Part shown: positions 8,768-18,389 of the stretch, in pieces
Position numbering within the stretch: the stretch's first letter is position 1
Layout: the number at the start of each line of letters is the position of its first letter
Source: an uncultured Candidatus Saccharibacteria bacterium
Lineage (GTDB): Bacteria > Patescibacteriota > Minisyncoccia > Phycocordibacterales > CAIRYW01
Direction of reading: 5' to 3'
DNA: 64,000 nucleotides
NCBI GenBank assembly: GCA_964446625.1
Contig: CAYUPH010000004.1
Coordinates: forward strand, 7,838-71,837
The notes under the pieces: generated by a model
What the model was told of the DNA's origin: nothing
The model's database searches: none
What the model saw: the letters and a program-made list of their open reading frames with translations, nothing else
Translations under genes and position numbers: made by a program

Positions 8768-10675
8768 TTACCAATCTAAAAGTTGCCTCTTTTTTTGCTT
8801 CTTTTTCGGAAGCTCAATAATAAATTTGGACCCTCGTCCTTCTTTGCTTTCTACCCAAATTCTTCCTTTTTCTTTTGTCATTATTTGCTTACAGATATAA
8901 AGCCCGAGTCCGAGTCCTGGATAAGTCTCTCTATCCTGGCCACTTACTCTAAAAAATCTCTTGAAAATCTTGTCCTGCATTGCAAGCGGAATTCCTAGAC
9001 CAAAATCTTCAACAGAAAGTTGTACTTTATCCCTGAGTTCAAGAACATTCGCGACAATCCTCCTTGAATCTGGAGAATACTTTATAGCATTTGTAAGTAG
9101 GTTCATTATAACCTGACCCATTCTATCCCTGTCACAGACAACCATTGCACTCGTGTCTCCTGTAAGAAGAATCTTGTGCTTATGTGTTGTTACCTGTACT
9201 TCATCTACAATCTCTTTTGCAAGATCGTAGAGATCACAAGTAACTGGTTCAAAAGTAAGCTTACCTCCTTCGATTTTTGTCACATCCAATAGATCGTTAA
9301 TAAGTTTTGAAAGGCGCCCGAGCTGTCCGTTTACTTTTCCAAGAACCTCAGCAGTTGCATTGTCTCCTCTCCCTTTGAGCTGTTTTTCAAGAAGTTGCGT
9401 GTAGGCCTTCACACTTGTTACAGGTGTACGAAGCTCGTGAGTAACAATACCCATAAACTCATCTTTTTGCTTTTCAATTCTCTTCTGCTCGGTTATATCT
9501 CTTTGAAGTCCCCACACTCGCAAAAGCTTGCCGTGCTCAATAATTGCGGACACATTGTTTATAAGATATTTCTTCTCTCCTTTTTTATCTGTTCGCATAA
9601 TGACATACTCCTGTAACTGGTAGTCACAGCGAATAAAGTCACGAATATGCTCTTTTATTTCTTCTTCAAAGTCCGAAGCGAAATCTCGAAGTTTCATTCC
9701 CACAAAGCTTTTTGTCTTTCCAATGCCATATATGATTCCCATAGCAGCGTTACATTCTGCCAGAATCGCATTGCGATAGATAAAGTTAATTTGTTTCTTT
9801 ACCGAAAGAGATATCGGCATTGGCTCTTCGAGCTCAAGTTGGTAAATACCTTCGGAACTGTGAGCAATAAATGCTTCGTATTTTTCTTTACTTGCAATAA
9901 GACTATCTTGTGTTTTTTTAAGATCACTAATATCTCTAAATGTTGCCGTTACTCCAATCACTCTCCCTTCTCTATCTTTGATTGCTGAAGCCGTAAGAGA
10001 TACATCAACTCTTCTTCCCCCCTTTGCAAGCTGAACAGTCTGAACACGAGGATGACTTTTTCCTTGTCGCATAAGTTCAAGGAACTTTCTGTGCTCATGC
10101 ATATTTTCATAAGGCACTAGCATTGCGAGGCGCTCTCCTATTGCCTCTTCTTTTTTATAGCCAAACATGTTTTCTGCACCTCTGTTCCAGGTCAAAATTT
10201 CTCCCTCTGTACTAAAACTGAGGATCGCGTCGCGTGAGGACTCAACAATTTCCGAAAGCCAGTTTCTTATCTTTTCTGTTTCGTGACGTTCTGTTGAATC
10301 ATAAAGGACGCCCGAGATTCGAACAGGAAACTTCCCCCGAACTTCCGCCACTCGTCCATAAATTCGAATCCATCTAATTTCTTCTGTATCACCTCTAATT
10401 ATGCGAAAATCACCTTCGAGACTTCCACTCTTTAACGCACCAGTAAGTTGCTTTTTAAAATATTTTCTATCACTTTCGTAAATTAACTTTATGAAGTCCT
10501 TCATTCCTCCTCGCCGGCTAGTAACTCGTACACCAAAAATATCAAAAAACTGTTTGTTCCACAGAATCTTGTCTGACGGAATATCCCAATCAAAGCTCGC
10601 TAATTCTGCTGCTTCGAGGGCCACCTGAAATCTCTTTTTAGGGTCATAATGAAATATGTCCTGCATATCCTGCAT
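8768..10675 (-). CDS. cytoplasmic multi-PAS sensor histidine kinase (HisKA + HATPase_c)
   Basis: 635 aa, no TM segments; several PAS-like blocks; H-box THELRTPVTSVKAYTQLL; N-box/G-boxes NLLTNAIKYSP...VEDFGLGIP...GLGLGLYICKQI. Confidence 0.9.
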   Translation of the reverse strand: MQDMQDIFHYDPKKRFQVALEAAELASFDWDIPSDKILWNKQFFDIFGVRVTSRRGGMKDFIKLIYESDRKYFKKQLTGALKSGSLEGDFRIIRGDTEEIRWIRIYGRVAEVRGKFPVRISGVLYDSTERHETEKIRNWLSEIVESSRDAILSFSTEGEILTWNRGAENMFGYKKEEAIGERLAMLVPYENMHEHRKFLELMRQGKSHPRVQTVQLAKGGRRVDVSLTASAIKDREGRVIGVTATFRDISDLKKTQDSLIASKEKYEAFIAHSSEGIYQLELEEPMPISLSVKKQINFIYRNAILAECNAAMGIIYGIGKTKSFVGMKLRDFASDFEEEIKEHIRDFIRCDYQLQEYVIMRTDKKGEKKYLINNVSAIIEHGKLLRVWGLQRDITEQKRIEKQKDEFMGIVTHELRTPVTSVKAYTQLLEKQLKGRGDNATAEVLGKVNGQLGRLSKLINDLLDVTKIEGGKLTFEPVTCDLYDLAKEIVDEVQVTTHKHKILLTGDTSAMVVCDRDRMGQVIMNLLTNAIKYSPDSRRIVANVLELRDKVQLSVEDFGLGIPLAMQDKIFKRFFRVSGQDRETYPGLGLGLYICKQIMTKEKGRIWVESKEGRGSKFIIELPKKKQKKRQLLDW

Positions 10676-10734
10676 ATTTATACTTATTTATTATCTACCT
10701 TTACTCATTAAAATTACATTAAATTGAAAGATTT

Positions 10735-13245
10735 TCAACCTCTTGCATATCTCCCAGATTGTGACCTGCGCCTACGAAATGCAACCACTCCAAAGCAAAG
10801 AATTGCAAAGAGAATGAATAAAAGAAGGTTTCGAAGATGGTACGCCTCTTCTGCAATAAGAAGCTCTGCAGGCTGGAGGTCCTCCGTGCTGGCACCAAGC
10901 ACAATACCTCCTCTGCCTGAAACCTGATCAGAGTGTGGATATGTAACATCTTCTTTATTTTCCTCTTCCGTATGTGTATCCTCTTCTACAAAATATATAA
11001 CACCCTTTGAGTCAAAATCTACCTTACTAATATTTTTTCCAGTAACAGTTGCCGCAAGGGTATATTCACCTCTTTTTGCTTCCGAAGAAAAATCAATATC
11101 ATACGACACTGTTACTTTTTCTCCTTTTTTTAGTTTCCCTATTGTAAATGGAACTGATTGAACAACATTTCCGTCTGGACCTCTTAACACATCATAAAGA
11201 AATACTTCTTCAGAACCTTCCTCCCCTGTATTTTCTAAAGTAAGTTCCTCTTTTACCTTAAGATTTTTTGCACTAACAGTCGCTGACCGTGTAAGTCTTT
11301 GGACATTTATAGTTGTCTCCGGAATAGGAACAGGCTCCTCTTCCTCTTCTTCCTCCTCATCTTCCTCATCATTATAATAAGTTTTACCAGAGGTTCGAAT
11401 AACAAGTGAGTCCGAATTATCATCACCATTGTCGTCAGTTTCTTTTGACGAAGCTTCAATTTTACTTTCAATCTCTTTTTCTGTTTCGTTCGTTAAAACC
11501 TCTGCTTCGTAAGATATTTCCACCGCTCCTCCTGCAGGAATTTCTGGAATATTCCAAAAGACACTTTCTCCTTCTGTAGTAAAGTCAGTATCCGCGTCTG
11601 TAATCCTTATATCATTCGAGTTGAAAGTATTTTTTAAGACTACATTTGTTGCTTTGGAGTCACCATTATTTATGACGCTCATGTGGTAGGTAACAGACGA
11701 ACCACTTTCAATTCGTCCTGGAGTATCCGCAATCCCGCCCACCCATAAATCAGGACGTCCAAAAGCAATGTTTCCTTTGAAATCTCCAAAAATATTTATA
11801 ATTGCCATGACCCAGTTTTTACTTACCACATTCGAGTTAGCAACATTGATTATGTTTGCCCCTACAAAAGAATCTCCTGTTGTAATTTGCGCACTGTCCT
11901 TTGCCTCAATATGATTGTCTCCAGTTAACGCAGTAACCGCTACATTGTTTTTTATACCTGCGTTATTTTCCCCTTCAAAATGAACTCCACCCACGCTCGG
12001 AGTACTTCCACTCGTTTTAGAAAAAAGAAAGACACCTCCTGGGCCAGCACTCCATGATAAATCATTTGGAGCACCAAAAACTTCACCCGCCCAATCTCCT
12101 TCTACTCGAAGTAAAATGGAGAACTGTTCATCACCAATTTCAGTTTGGTTTATTTTGTTAAAAACATTTACAGCAGAATGAGAAACACCTGTGTTTATGG
12201 TAGATGAAGCAGCGCCTTCCACTTCATTACCTCCCGAGTCAGAAACCGCATCTACCAAAGTTTCTACTTTTGCCTCGTTTTGTACTAGAGCATCCTCCGC
12301 GCTCTGTCCTCCACTGCGTAACGAACTAAGAAGGTTTGAAAAGTTTGGAAATACAATATCACCATTTACATCTTTAAATGCGTTAATAGTCACAAGAAGA
12401 TAATTAGTATCTACAACATTTGTATTAGCAAGGTTTACTAGATTGAGCCCAGCGTACGCATTGCCTGTTTTGATTTCTGCGTTCTCCGCCCCTTCAATTT
12501 CGTTTTCTCCGGAAACAGCCGCTACAGTCAAATTGTTTTCAATCGTCGCGTTGTTTGACACATTTACTTGTAGGTCTAAATCATTTTGCCCAAACGCTCC
12601 TGGAGACATTTTTCGAAAATCAATCGAATCATTTACATAGTCCAAAAAGTTTGAAAAATATATTACTCCTTCAGAATTAATAAAGTTCGTGTTTACTATA
12701 TTGAGTACATTTGCCAGTGCAACTGATTCACCTGTCAAAATTGTGGGAGTCGAGGTTGCTTCTGAATCATTTAAAACAGGAGTAGACGAAGCAATATTTT
12801 CTTCCACTTCATTTTGAAAAGAGGGTGTTGTGCTTGCTACTTCACCCTGTCCTCCCTCACTTTCTATTGGCGTGTTTTCTTCAGCTGGTGCTTCCTCATC
12901 TATGCTTGCTGGTGTTTCTACCTCACCGTTTGTCTCTGAAGATAATTCTTCATCTAAGGATTCTATATTCTTAGTCTCATCGTCATTTGGAGTAACTCCA
13001 TCCGCAGGAATTTCTTCTTCAGTTTCTTCTTCTGTGTTTACACTATCTTCAATTTGACTATTTAAACTTGGGTCATATTGATCAGAGGCAGTTACACTTT
13101 CTTCAGACGAAGCTTCTGCAGGAATTTCTTCTTCTGCATACAAAAAATACGGTGAAGAAATATTTACAAATAACAGAATTGCAAGGATGGCTGAAATGAA
13201 TTTTAAATTTGTTTTTCTTTTCATATTTTTATGCCCGTTTTCCAT
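10735..13245 (-). CDS. large secreted/surface protein: signal peptide, acidic low-complexity N-region, N-x-N-x-A-x-V repeats, DUF11-like domain, poly-Glu tract, C-terminal TM anchor with RRRR tail
   Basis: 836 aa; N-terminal hydrophobic segment FISAILAILLFVNISSPYFLYA; SVTYHMSVINNGDSKATNVVLKNTF resembles DUF11 conserved repeat; EEDEEEEEEEEEP; C-terminus LLLFILFAILCFGVVAFRRRRSQ resembles a sortase/exosortase-type sorting signal (hydrophobic helix + basic tail). Confidence 0.7.
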   Translation of the reverse strand: MENGHKNMKRKTNLKFISAILAILLFVNISSPYFLYAEEEIPAEASSEESVTASDQYDPSLNSQIEDSVNTEEETEEEIPADGVTPNDDETKNIESLDEELSSETNGEVETPASIDEEAPAEENTPIESEGGQGEVASTTPSFQNEVEENIASSTPVLNDSEATSTPTILTGESVALANVLNIVNTNFINSEGVIYFSNFLDYVNDSIDFRKMSPGAFGQNDLDLQVNVSNNATIENNLTVAAVSGENEIEGAENAEIKTGNAYAGLNLVNLANTNVVDTNYLLVTINAFKDVNGDIVFPNFSNLLSSLRSGGQSAEDALVQNEAKVETLVDAVSDSGGNEVEGAASSTINTGVSHSAVNVFNKINQTEIGDEQFSILLRVEGDWAGEVFGAPNDLSWSAGPGGVFLFSKTSGSTPSVGGVHFEGENNAGIKNNVAVTALTGDNHIEAKDSAQITTGDSFVGANIINVANSNVVSKNWVMAIINIFGDFKGNIAFGRPDLWVGGIADTPGRIESGSSVTYHMSVINNGDSKATNVVLKNTFNSNDIRITDADTDFTTEGESVFWNIPEIPAGGAVEISYEAEVLTNETEKEIESKIEASSKETDDNGDDNSDSLVIRTSGKTYYNDEEDEEEEEEEEPVPIPETTINVQRLTRSATVSAKNLKVKEELTLENTGEEGSEEVFLYDVLRGPDGNVVQSVPFTIGKLKKGEKVTVSYDIDFSSEAKRGEYTLAATVTGKNISKVDFDSKGVIYFVEEDTHTEEENKEDVTYPHSDQVSGRGGIVLGASTEDLQPAELLIAEEAYHLRNLLLFILFAILCFGVVAFRRRRSQSGRYARG

Positions 13246-13289
13246 TGAGCTCTCTTTTTTTAAAGAGAGCTCTTGGAAAAAAGGTTAAG

Positions 13290-14465
13290 TTATCTAGTCA
13301 CTCGAATGACTGATCGATTGCTTACTGTTATTACCTCAGCAGCAGAATCAGCTGTGCCAGTTCGGACTTCTCCTCCTCGGCCACCAATTCCTCCTCGACC
13401 TCCTTCACCTCCAGTAGATGATCCGGCTTGTCCAGATGCACCACTGACTGTTCCTGTTCCTCCATAACTTCCATCTCCTCCTGAAGCTCCTTCAGAGAGG
13501 TTTCCACCAGAGTTGGCCGCAACTCCGACAGAGTTTGCCGCACCCCCTCTATTTGTATTAGTCACCTCAAGAGAATCGTCACTTCCAACATATGTTCTTG
13601 TATAATCAAGTTCATAGTTATCGTGCTCTTCTGCAAACACATCTGTAGACTCTGTCTCAGTGTCTCTTACATCTGTGACGGTGTTTCTATCTTCACTTCG
13701 TGTGTCTCCTGTAGAACTTCCTGATTGCTGCCATGAGCTTTGGTCATTTGCTGAAGAAGAGCTACTAGACTCTGAGGCAGAGGAAGAGTTCGAATTAGTC
13801 GCTGAATCAGAGGATTCTGATTCGTTTGAAGAAGAGGAGTCTGTGTCCCCGTCGTCGTTTGTTGATGAACTACTGTTTCCACTGTTTGAAGATGAATTTC
13901 CTGCGGACTCATTTTGAGATGCGTTTTCTTCGTCACTGTGTGAAGAAGAACCTTGCCAACTGCTTTGAGTTTCATTGTTTGAATGACTTTCGTCTATTGA
14001 ATGAGAGTCGGTTGAATTGTCTGTACTCTCATGTGAATAATCGTGTGATCCACTTTGTGTTGATCCTGTATTAGATCGAACCCGAAGAGTTTCATTATAT
14101 TCGTCATCATCGCTACTATCTGTGACACTCACAGTAATATCAGATGAGTTCACATCGCTTTGTACAACTGCTGTACCAATTGCATTTCCAGTTGTAATCG
14201 AACCTCCGCTTCCTCCTTCACCACCCATGCCCCCAGCACCGGCAGTAGCAGAACCATTGTTTGAGGCAGACGCTGTGCCACCCCTCGCTCCATCACCTCC
14301 TCTGGCCCCCCGTGATATATTTCCTCCAGAGGATGCACTTACAGATACATTATTTGAAACAGTTGCTTCGTTACTGTTTGTAACTGTAACCGAGTCTGCA
14401 AGCGCAGGACCCGCTGTTGAAGCAACTAGTCCAAAGAGTGCAATTAAAGATAAAAATTTATTCAT
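13290..14465 (-). CDS. secreted Ser/Gly/Asp-rich low-complexity protein with duplicated N- and C-terminal beta-strand repeat modules
   Basis: 391 aa; signal peptide MNKFLSLIALFGLVASTAGPALA; N-terminal VTVTNSNEATVSNNVSVSASSGGNISRGARGGDGARGG... mirrored by C-terminal LEVTNTNRGGAANSVGVAANSGGNLSEGASGGDGSYGG...; centre is poly-Ser/Asp/Glu/Asn. Confidence 0.65.
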   Translation of the reverse strand: MNKFLSLIALFGLVASTAGPALADSVTVTNSNEATVSNNVSVSASSGGNISRGARGGDGARGGTASASNNGSATAGAGGMGGEGGSGGSITTGNAIGTAVVQSDVNSSDITVSVTDSSDDDEYNETLRVRSNTGSTQSGSHDYSHESTDNSTDSHSIDESHSNNETQSSWQGSSSHSDEENASQNESAGNSSSNSGNSSSSTNDDGDTDSSSSNESESSDSATNSNSSSASESSSSSSANDQSSWQQSGSSTGDTRSEDRNTVTDVRDTETESTDVFAEEHDNYELDYTRTYVGSDDSLEVTNTNRGGAANSVGVAANSGGNLSEGASGGDGSYGGTGTVSGASGQAGSSTGGEGGRGGIGGRGGEVRTGTADSAAEVITVSNRSVIRVTR

Positions 14466-14584
14466 ATATTTTTTGATTTAAACTAATGATAATTGCTGCA
14501 TTTGTAATGTTCGACCTTTCTCTGGCATACATTCTAAACAAAGAGCAATTAACTCCTTGTTAAGTGTTTTTTGAGAACTTAGTT

Positions 14585-15847
14585 TTACTGAACAATTCCA
14601 AGAAGTGGAATACGAAGCGGTCTACCTTCTTTATAAATTAGTTGAGGTGCTTTATATTTTTCTTTTGCATAAAAACTTTCTTCTTCCTGTTCACCAATAC
14701 TTGAAGCAAGCCTCATTGTTTCTCTGCCAAATCTTTTATCAATCGAATCAACTACAGAAAAAACTGCGATGTTCTTTTTGTTTTCTTCCACTTCTCCAAA
14801 CAAATCGAATGATGAAAATTCTTCAGGCAAAAGACCCGAGAGTGAAATCCCGGTTGCTCGATAAAGTTCTCCTCTTCTATAAACCTGATCAAAGTTTTCT
14901 TCAATGAGTTCCATAATTTTATTCGGGGTAGAAAGAGGAATAGAGAGAGCAAAATCAAAACTTCGGTACCGAAAATCGGATGTTTTCAGATAGAAGCGAA
15001 GATACCTTCCTTTTCTTCCATAAAGGCGCACTCTTTGACACACTTCTTCTGCGTGACAAGAAAGCTCCCTAAGGAGGATGTGTCTCTTGTTTGTGGCTGG
15101 GCGAAATGTTCCCGAAGAAATAACAGATTTATTTACATGTTTTTCATCTTTTTCTACTCTGTAACTAAAATTTCCGCGAAGCTCTTGCCATATATGAATA
15201 AGCGATAAAGAAATACGATTGCTATGGAGCCACCTCTCATCTTTTAGAGAAAAGTCGAAAGCTGTTTTGATCCCCTCACTTTGCAAAAACTTACTCGATG
15301 AAGGACCTACTCCCCACAGAGCTCCAACTGGTATATTCTTTAAAAACTCTTCTCTCCCAAAAAGCTCTACACTTGTAAAGCCTCCTGGCTTTCTGTATTT
15401 AGAAGCTGCTTTCGCCAGGACTTTATTTGGGCCGAGACCTACTCCAAAAGTGATACCGAGGCTTTCTTCTAACCTCTTTTTTATTTTTTGCGCTGTTTCT
15501 TCGTAAGGAACATTCTTTATAAAAGTAATATCCGCAAAGCACTCATCAATACTGTACTCTTCTACATGCGGAGTAAACTCGCGCACAATCGCATACATCC
15601 TTTCCGCAAAGATTGAGTACGTAAGATAGCTTGAGCTAACAACAACCACCTCAGGGCAAATTTTTTTTGCATCTGCAAGAGAAAGACCCCTTCCCAAACC
15701 CATCTTTTTTGCCTCGACACTCACAGAAGTAATCGCCCCTCTCTCTCCTCCTGTCAAAATCGGTTTTCCTTTGAGCCTAAAGTTCATCACCTGTTCAACA
15801 GAGGCAAAAAATGAGTCGCCGTCAAAATGAACAATTGCTCTTTTCAT
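14585..15847 (-). CDS. Y-family (DinB/UmuC-type) translesion DNA polymerase
   Basis: 420 aa; MKRAIVHFDGDSFFASVEQ...IDECFADIT: classic IMS/Y-family N-terminus (DxDxFFA, SIDE-C/A-F-xD). Confidence 0.85.
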   Translation of the reverse strand: MKRAIVHFDGDSFFASVEQVMNFRLKGKPILTGGERGAITSVSVEAKKMGLGRGLSLADAKKICPEVVVVSSSYLTYSIFAERMYAIVREFTPHVEEYSIDECFADITFIKNVPYEETAQKIKKRLEESLGITFGVGLGPNKVLAKAASKYRKPGGFTSVELFGREEFLKNIPVGALWGVGPSSSKFLQSEGIKTAFDFSLKDERWLHSNRISLSLIHIWQELRGNFSYRVEKDEKHVNKSVISSGTFRPATNKRHILLRELSCHAEEVCQRVRLYGRKGRYLRFYLKTSDFRYRSFDFALSIPLSTPNKIMELIEENFDQVYRRGELYRATGISLSGLLPEEFSSFDLFGEVEENKKNIAVFSVVDSIDKRFGRETMRLASSIGEQEEESFYAKEKYKAPQLIYKEGRPLRIPLLGIVQ

Positions 15848-15848
15848 T

Positions 15849-16418
15849 TTATCTATATGAGCGGAAAGTTCCGGTCACGACCCCAATCACTTGCCCTTCA
15901 GAAGGAGCTATGTGCGGATATTTTGGATTCGCAGCTTCTAGAAAAAAACCATGTTTATTTTTTCGGAGATATTTTAAAGTGTATCCATCTTCTGTAAGCG
16001 CAACAACAATATCTCCTACTTTCGCGTCTTTTCCCCTTTCAAAAATCACAATGTCTCCTTCGCAAATCCCTGCACCTTCCATAGAGTCTCCATCTACCTT
16101 AAGAAGGAAGCTGGAATTTTTGTCTCCGATAAGATATTCGCCAATACTAATCGTGTCTGCCACCTCCTCTTCTGCAGGAGTTGCAAAGCCTGCGCGAATT
16201 CTTCCAAGTAGGGGTAAGCTAAAAAAGTCACCTTTTGGAACAATTTTCCCTGTTTTATCTTTTTGAAGGACTCCCTCTTCTATAAGTTTCGAGACTGTAT
16301 AAAATGCACTACTCCTAGAAGAAAACCCGCAAAGGGTCATTATTTCTGAAATAGAAGGCATTCGCTTTTGCCTCCGCCAAAAAGAAAAGATTTTATTTTT
16401 ATATGTTTCAAGACTCAC
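15849..16418 (-). CDS. lexA: LexA-type SOS repressor (wHTH + S24 self-cleaving peptidase domain)
   Basis: 189 aa; N-terminal LexA-like wHTH (PSISEIMTLCGFSSRSSAFYTVSKLIEEGVL), hinge ...GRIRAGFATPA (Ala-Gly cleavage context), peptidase S24 motifs VDGDSMEGAGICEGDIVIF...K...; GTG start 2 nt upstream of polymerase gene (operon). Confidence 0.85.
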   Translation of the reverse strand: MSLETYKNKIFSFWRRQKRMPSISEIMTLCGFSSRSSAFYTVSKLIEEGVLQKDKTGKIVPKGDFFSLPLLGRIRAGFATPAEEEVADTISIGEYLIGDKNSSFLLKVDGDSMEGAGICEGDIVIFERGKDAKVGDIVVALTEDGYTLKYLRKNKHGFFLEAANPKYPHIAPSEGQVIGVVTGTFRSYR

Positions 16419-16431
16419 CTCTCTATTTTAT

Positions 16432-16445
16432 CGAACATTTGTTCG
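16432..16445. promoter_or_regulatory. Cheo-type SOS box (LexA operator) CGAACATTTGTTCG
   Basis: Perfect GAAC-N4-GTTC palindrome matching the Gram-positive LexA/DinR consensus CGAACRNRYGTTCG, 13 nt upstream of the lexA start codon. Confidence 0.8.
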
Positions 16446-16466
16446 ATAGTCAAAAAAGGTGCTATT

Positions 16467-17597
16467 TTAGTCCTTCCTGAGGCAAAGCTTCAGAATTGAA
16501 GCGAAAGTCCACAGCAAAAGCTTTGGATCATAAAAAGGAATTGAACTCCACCTTCCCTCTCTTCCAAGAACCCAGGATAATATTTCAGAGATTTTTCTGT
16601 TTCTCAAAGCCTCAAAAAAGGAGCGCCTAAAATGGAAAAGTGTCACTGGCTCTTTAGTAAACATCTTTTCCATGCCCACTTCATGTGTATTAAAAAAGTG
16701 TTTAAGAGGAAGAACAAAATCAACTCCAGCTTTTTTGGCAATCCGAAACCATGCCTGGGGGCGTGTATCAATTTCTACCAAGAAGTGTTTTTCTGTTTTA
16801 TCTTCTTTTATAAATGTCATGGAGGCAAAGCCGTGCAAAAACATTTTCTCCCCTATTTCTAGGAGAGTTTCTTCAATACAAGGTAAGTTTAAATAAAGTC
16901 TTTTTGTTGAAACCCCAAACTCCCCGCCTACGGTTTCTATTACTTTTGAGTAAGAAAAGGTAAGGAGTTTACCTTCTCTAAAGAGACACTCAACTGCGAT
17001 ATTATCTCCCTGTATATATTCTTGGAGAAGCATACTTGCATGATTCTTCTTAAGATCATTTACTTTCTTTTCAAGCTCTTCAAAAGAACCTGCGTAGTAA
17101 ACCCCTTTCCCACCACTGCTTTCATCTAACTTTATGAGAACAGGAAAAGATAAACCAAAACTATCTTTTTCTATCTTTTCCTTTACTGATAAAACAAGGA
17201 AATCTGGCTGGAGAATATCTGTTTCTAAAAGAGCTTCTGCTAAACCTATTTTTGACCCGATGATATTCCTATGAGCGAGCGAACTAAGGGGCAAGACACT
17301 TTGCGGGAGCGAAAACTTTTCTAAGTTTTCGTTTAAAAGGCGCAGAGTTGTGTCGTCGCAGGGAACCACTAGATCTGGGCAAATTCTGTCTATCTCGCAC
17401 TTTAGTGAAGACAAGAAATCGTCTTTGTCCTGGAAATTTTTACAGATTTTTTGAGAGTAATAGCTATTTTTTGTAAGCCATGAAAAAGGAAAACAAAAAA
17501 CATACACTTCATAACCTGCCTTTCTAAACAAAAAAGGTATTTCAGCCGAAATTTCTGAACCCCGATAATCAATTAGAAGAACCTTTCTTTTTTCCAT
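16467..17597 (-). CDS. ATP-grasp fold ligase-like enzyme, substrate unknown
   Basis: 376 aa; pre-ATP-grasp + ATP-grasp organisation (…LIKLDESSGGKGVYYAGSFEELE…MLLQEYIQGDNIAVECLF…FLVEIDTRP) reminiscent of D-Ala-D-Ala ligase/RimK/carboxylate-amine ligases. Confidence 0.6.
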   Translation of the reverse strand: MEKRKVLLIDYRGSEISAEIPFLFRKAGYEVYVFCFPFSWLTKNSYYSQKICKNFQDKDDFLSSLKCEIDRICPDLVVPCDDTTLRLLNENLEKFSLPQSVLPLSSLAHRNIIGSKIGLAEALLETDILQPDFLVLSVKEKIEKDSFGLSFPVLIKLDESSGGKGVYYAGSFEELEKKVNDLKKNHASMLLQEYIQGDNIAVECLFREGKLLTFSYSKVIETVGGEFGVSTKRLYLNLPCIEETLLEIGEKMFLHGFASMTFIKEDKTEKHFLVEIDTRPQAWFRIAKKAGVDFVLPLKHFFNTHEVGMEKMFTKEPVTLFHFRRSFFEALRNRKISEILSWVLGREGRWSSIPFYDPKLLLWTFASILKLCLRKD

Positions 17598-17598
17598 T

Positions 17599-17931
17599 CT
17601 AAGAAAAACCTACAAGAAGGAGACCAGAAAAGAGAGTCTCATAATACATAAGTATGCCAAGAAATATATAAAGAATGGCGATTCCAAGTCTTTTAAAGAA
17701 AAGGTTCTTTTGTTTTATTCCTGATATCAAAATATAAACACTCTTTATAGCCATCAAAAGAAAGACTATGAAGTTAAGACTCATAAAAACGTAAAATATC
17801 ACTTCTCGCACCCCGTCAGAAAAACTAACTTGTAGAAAAAGGAAAGACAAAATGAGACAGACAAAAGGCAAAAGAAAACCCGTAAGGAGCAAAATCTTAT
17901 TTGACCAAAAAATCTTTTTTATAAAATCCAT
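17599..17931 (-). CDS. small integral membrane protein (3 predicted TM helices)
   Basis: 110 aa hydrophobic ORF, stop 2 nt before ATP-grasp gene start. Confidence 0.55.
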   Translation of the reverse strand: MDFIKKIFWSNKILLLTGFLLPFVCLILSFLFLQVSFSDGVREVIFYVFMSLNFIVFLLMAIKSVYILISGIKQKNLFFKRLGIAILYIFLGILMYYETLFSGLLLVGFS

Positions 17932-17953
17932 GCCTAGTATTTTAACACAAGAA

Positions 17954-18385
17954 CTATAGTGTATGCGAATACTCTTTTACTAAGTCTTTTATCTTTTTCT
18001 CAAGTTCTTCTCGGACACTCTTTGTAAACTCATAACTCTGCCCTTTCGGGTCTGACACTTTCCAAAAAGTCACTTTTCCACTATTTGAAACCTCTTCAGG
18101 AATAGGATCATTCTCATCATATATAACCACAATCCTATCTGCATTTTGGATCATACTTGTTGTCACATTTTTTCTTAGACTATCACCGATTGGAAGTCCA
18201 ATTTCTTCCATAACCTCTAATACTTCCTTTGTTGCTGGTAAAAGATTTTGAAGCAATTCTTCCTTCCCTGAAAGTTTTGTTCCCGCTGAACAAACTTCAA
18301 AATCTTCTCCTCCTTCTCTTTTTAACAAAGCTTCTGCCATCTGACTTCTTGCAACATTTCCTCTACAGAGAAATAGAATATTCAT
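17954..18385 (-). CDS. low-molecular-weight phosphotyrosine phosphatase / ArsC-type arsenate reductase family protein
   Basis: 143 aa; N-terminal P-loop ILFLCRGNVARSQMAEAL = C-X5-R-S motif of LMW-PTP/ArsC family. Confidence 0.75.
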   Translation of the reverse strand: MNILFLCRGNVARSQMAEALLKREGGEDFEVCSAGTKLSGKEELLQNLLPATKEVLEVMEEIGLPIGDSLRKNVTTSMIQNADRIVVIYDENDPIPEEVSNSGKVTFWKVSDPKGQSYEFTKSVREELEKKIKDLVKEYSHTL

Positions 18386-18389
18386 ATAT

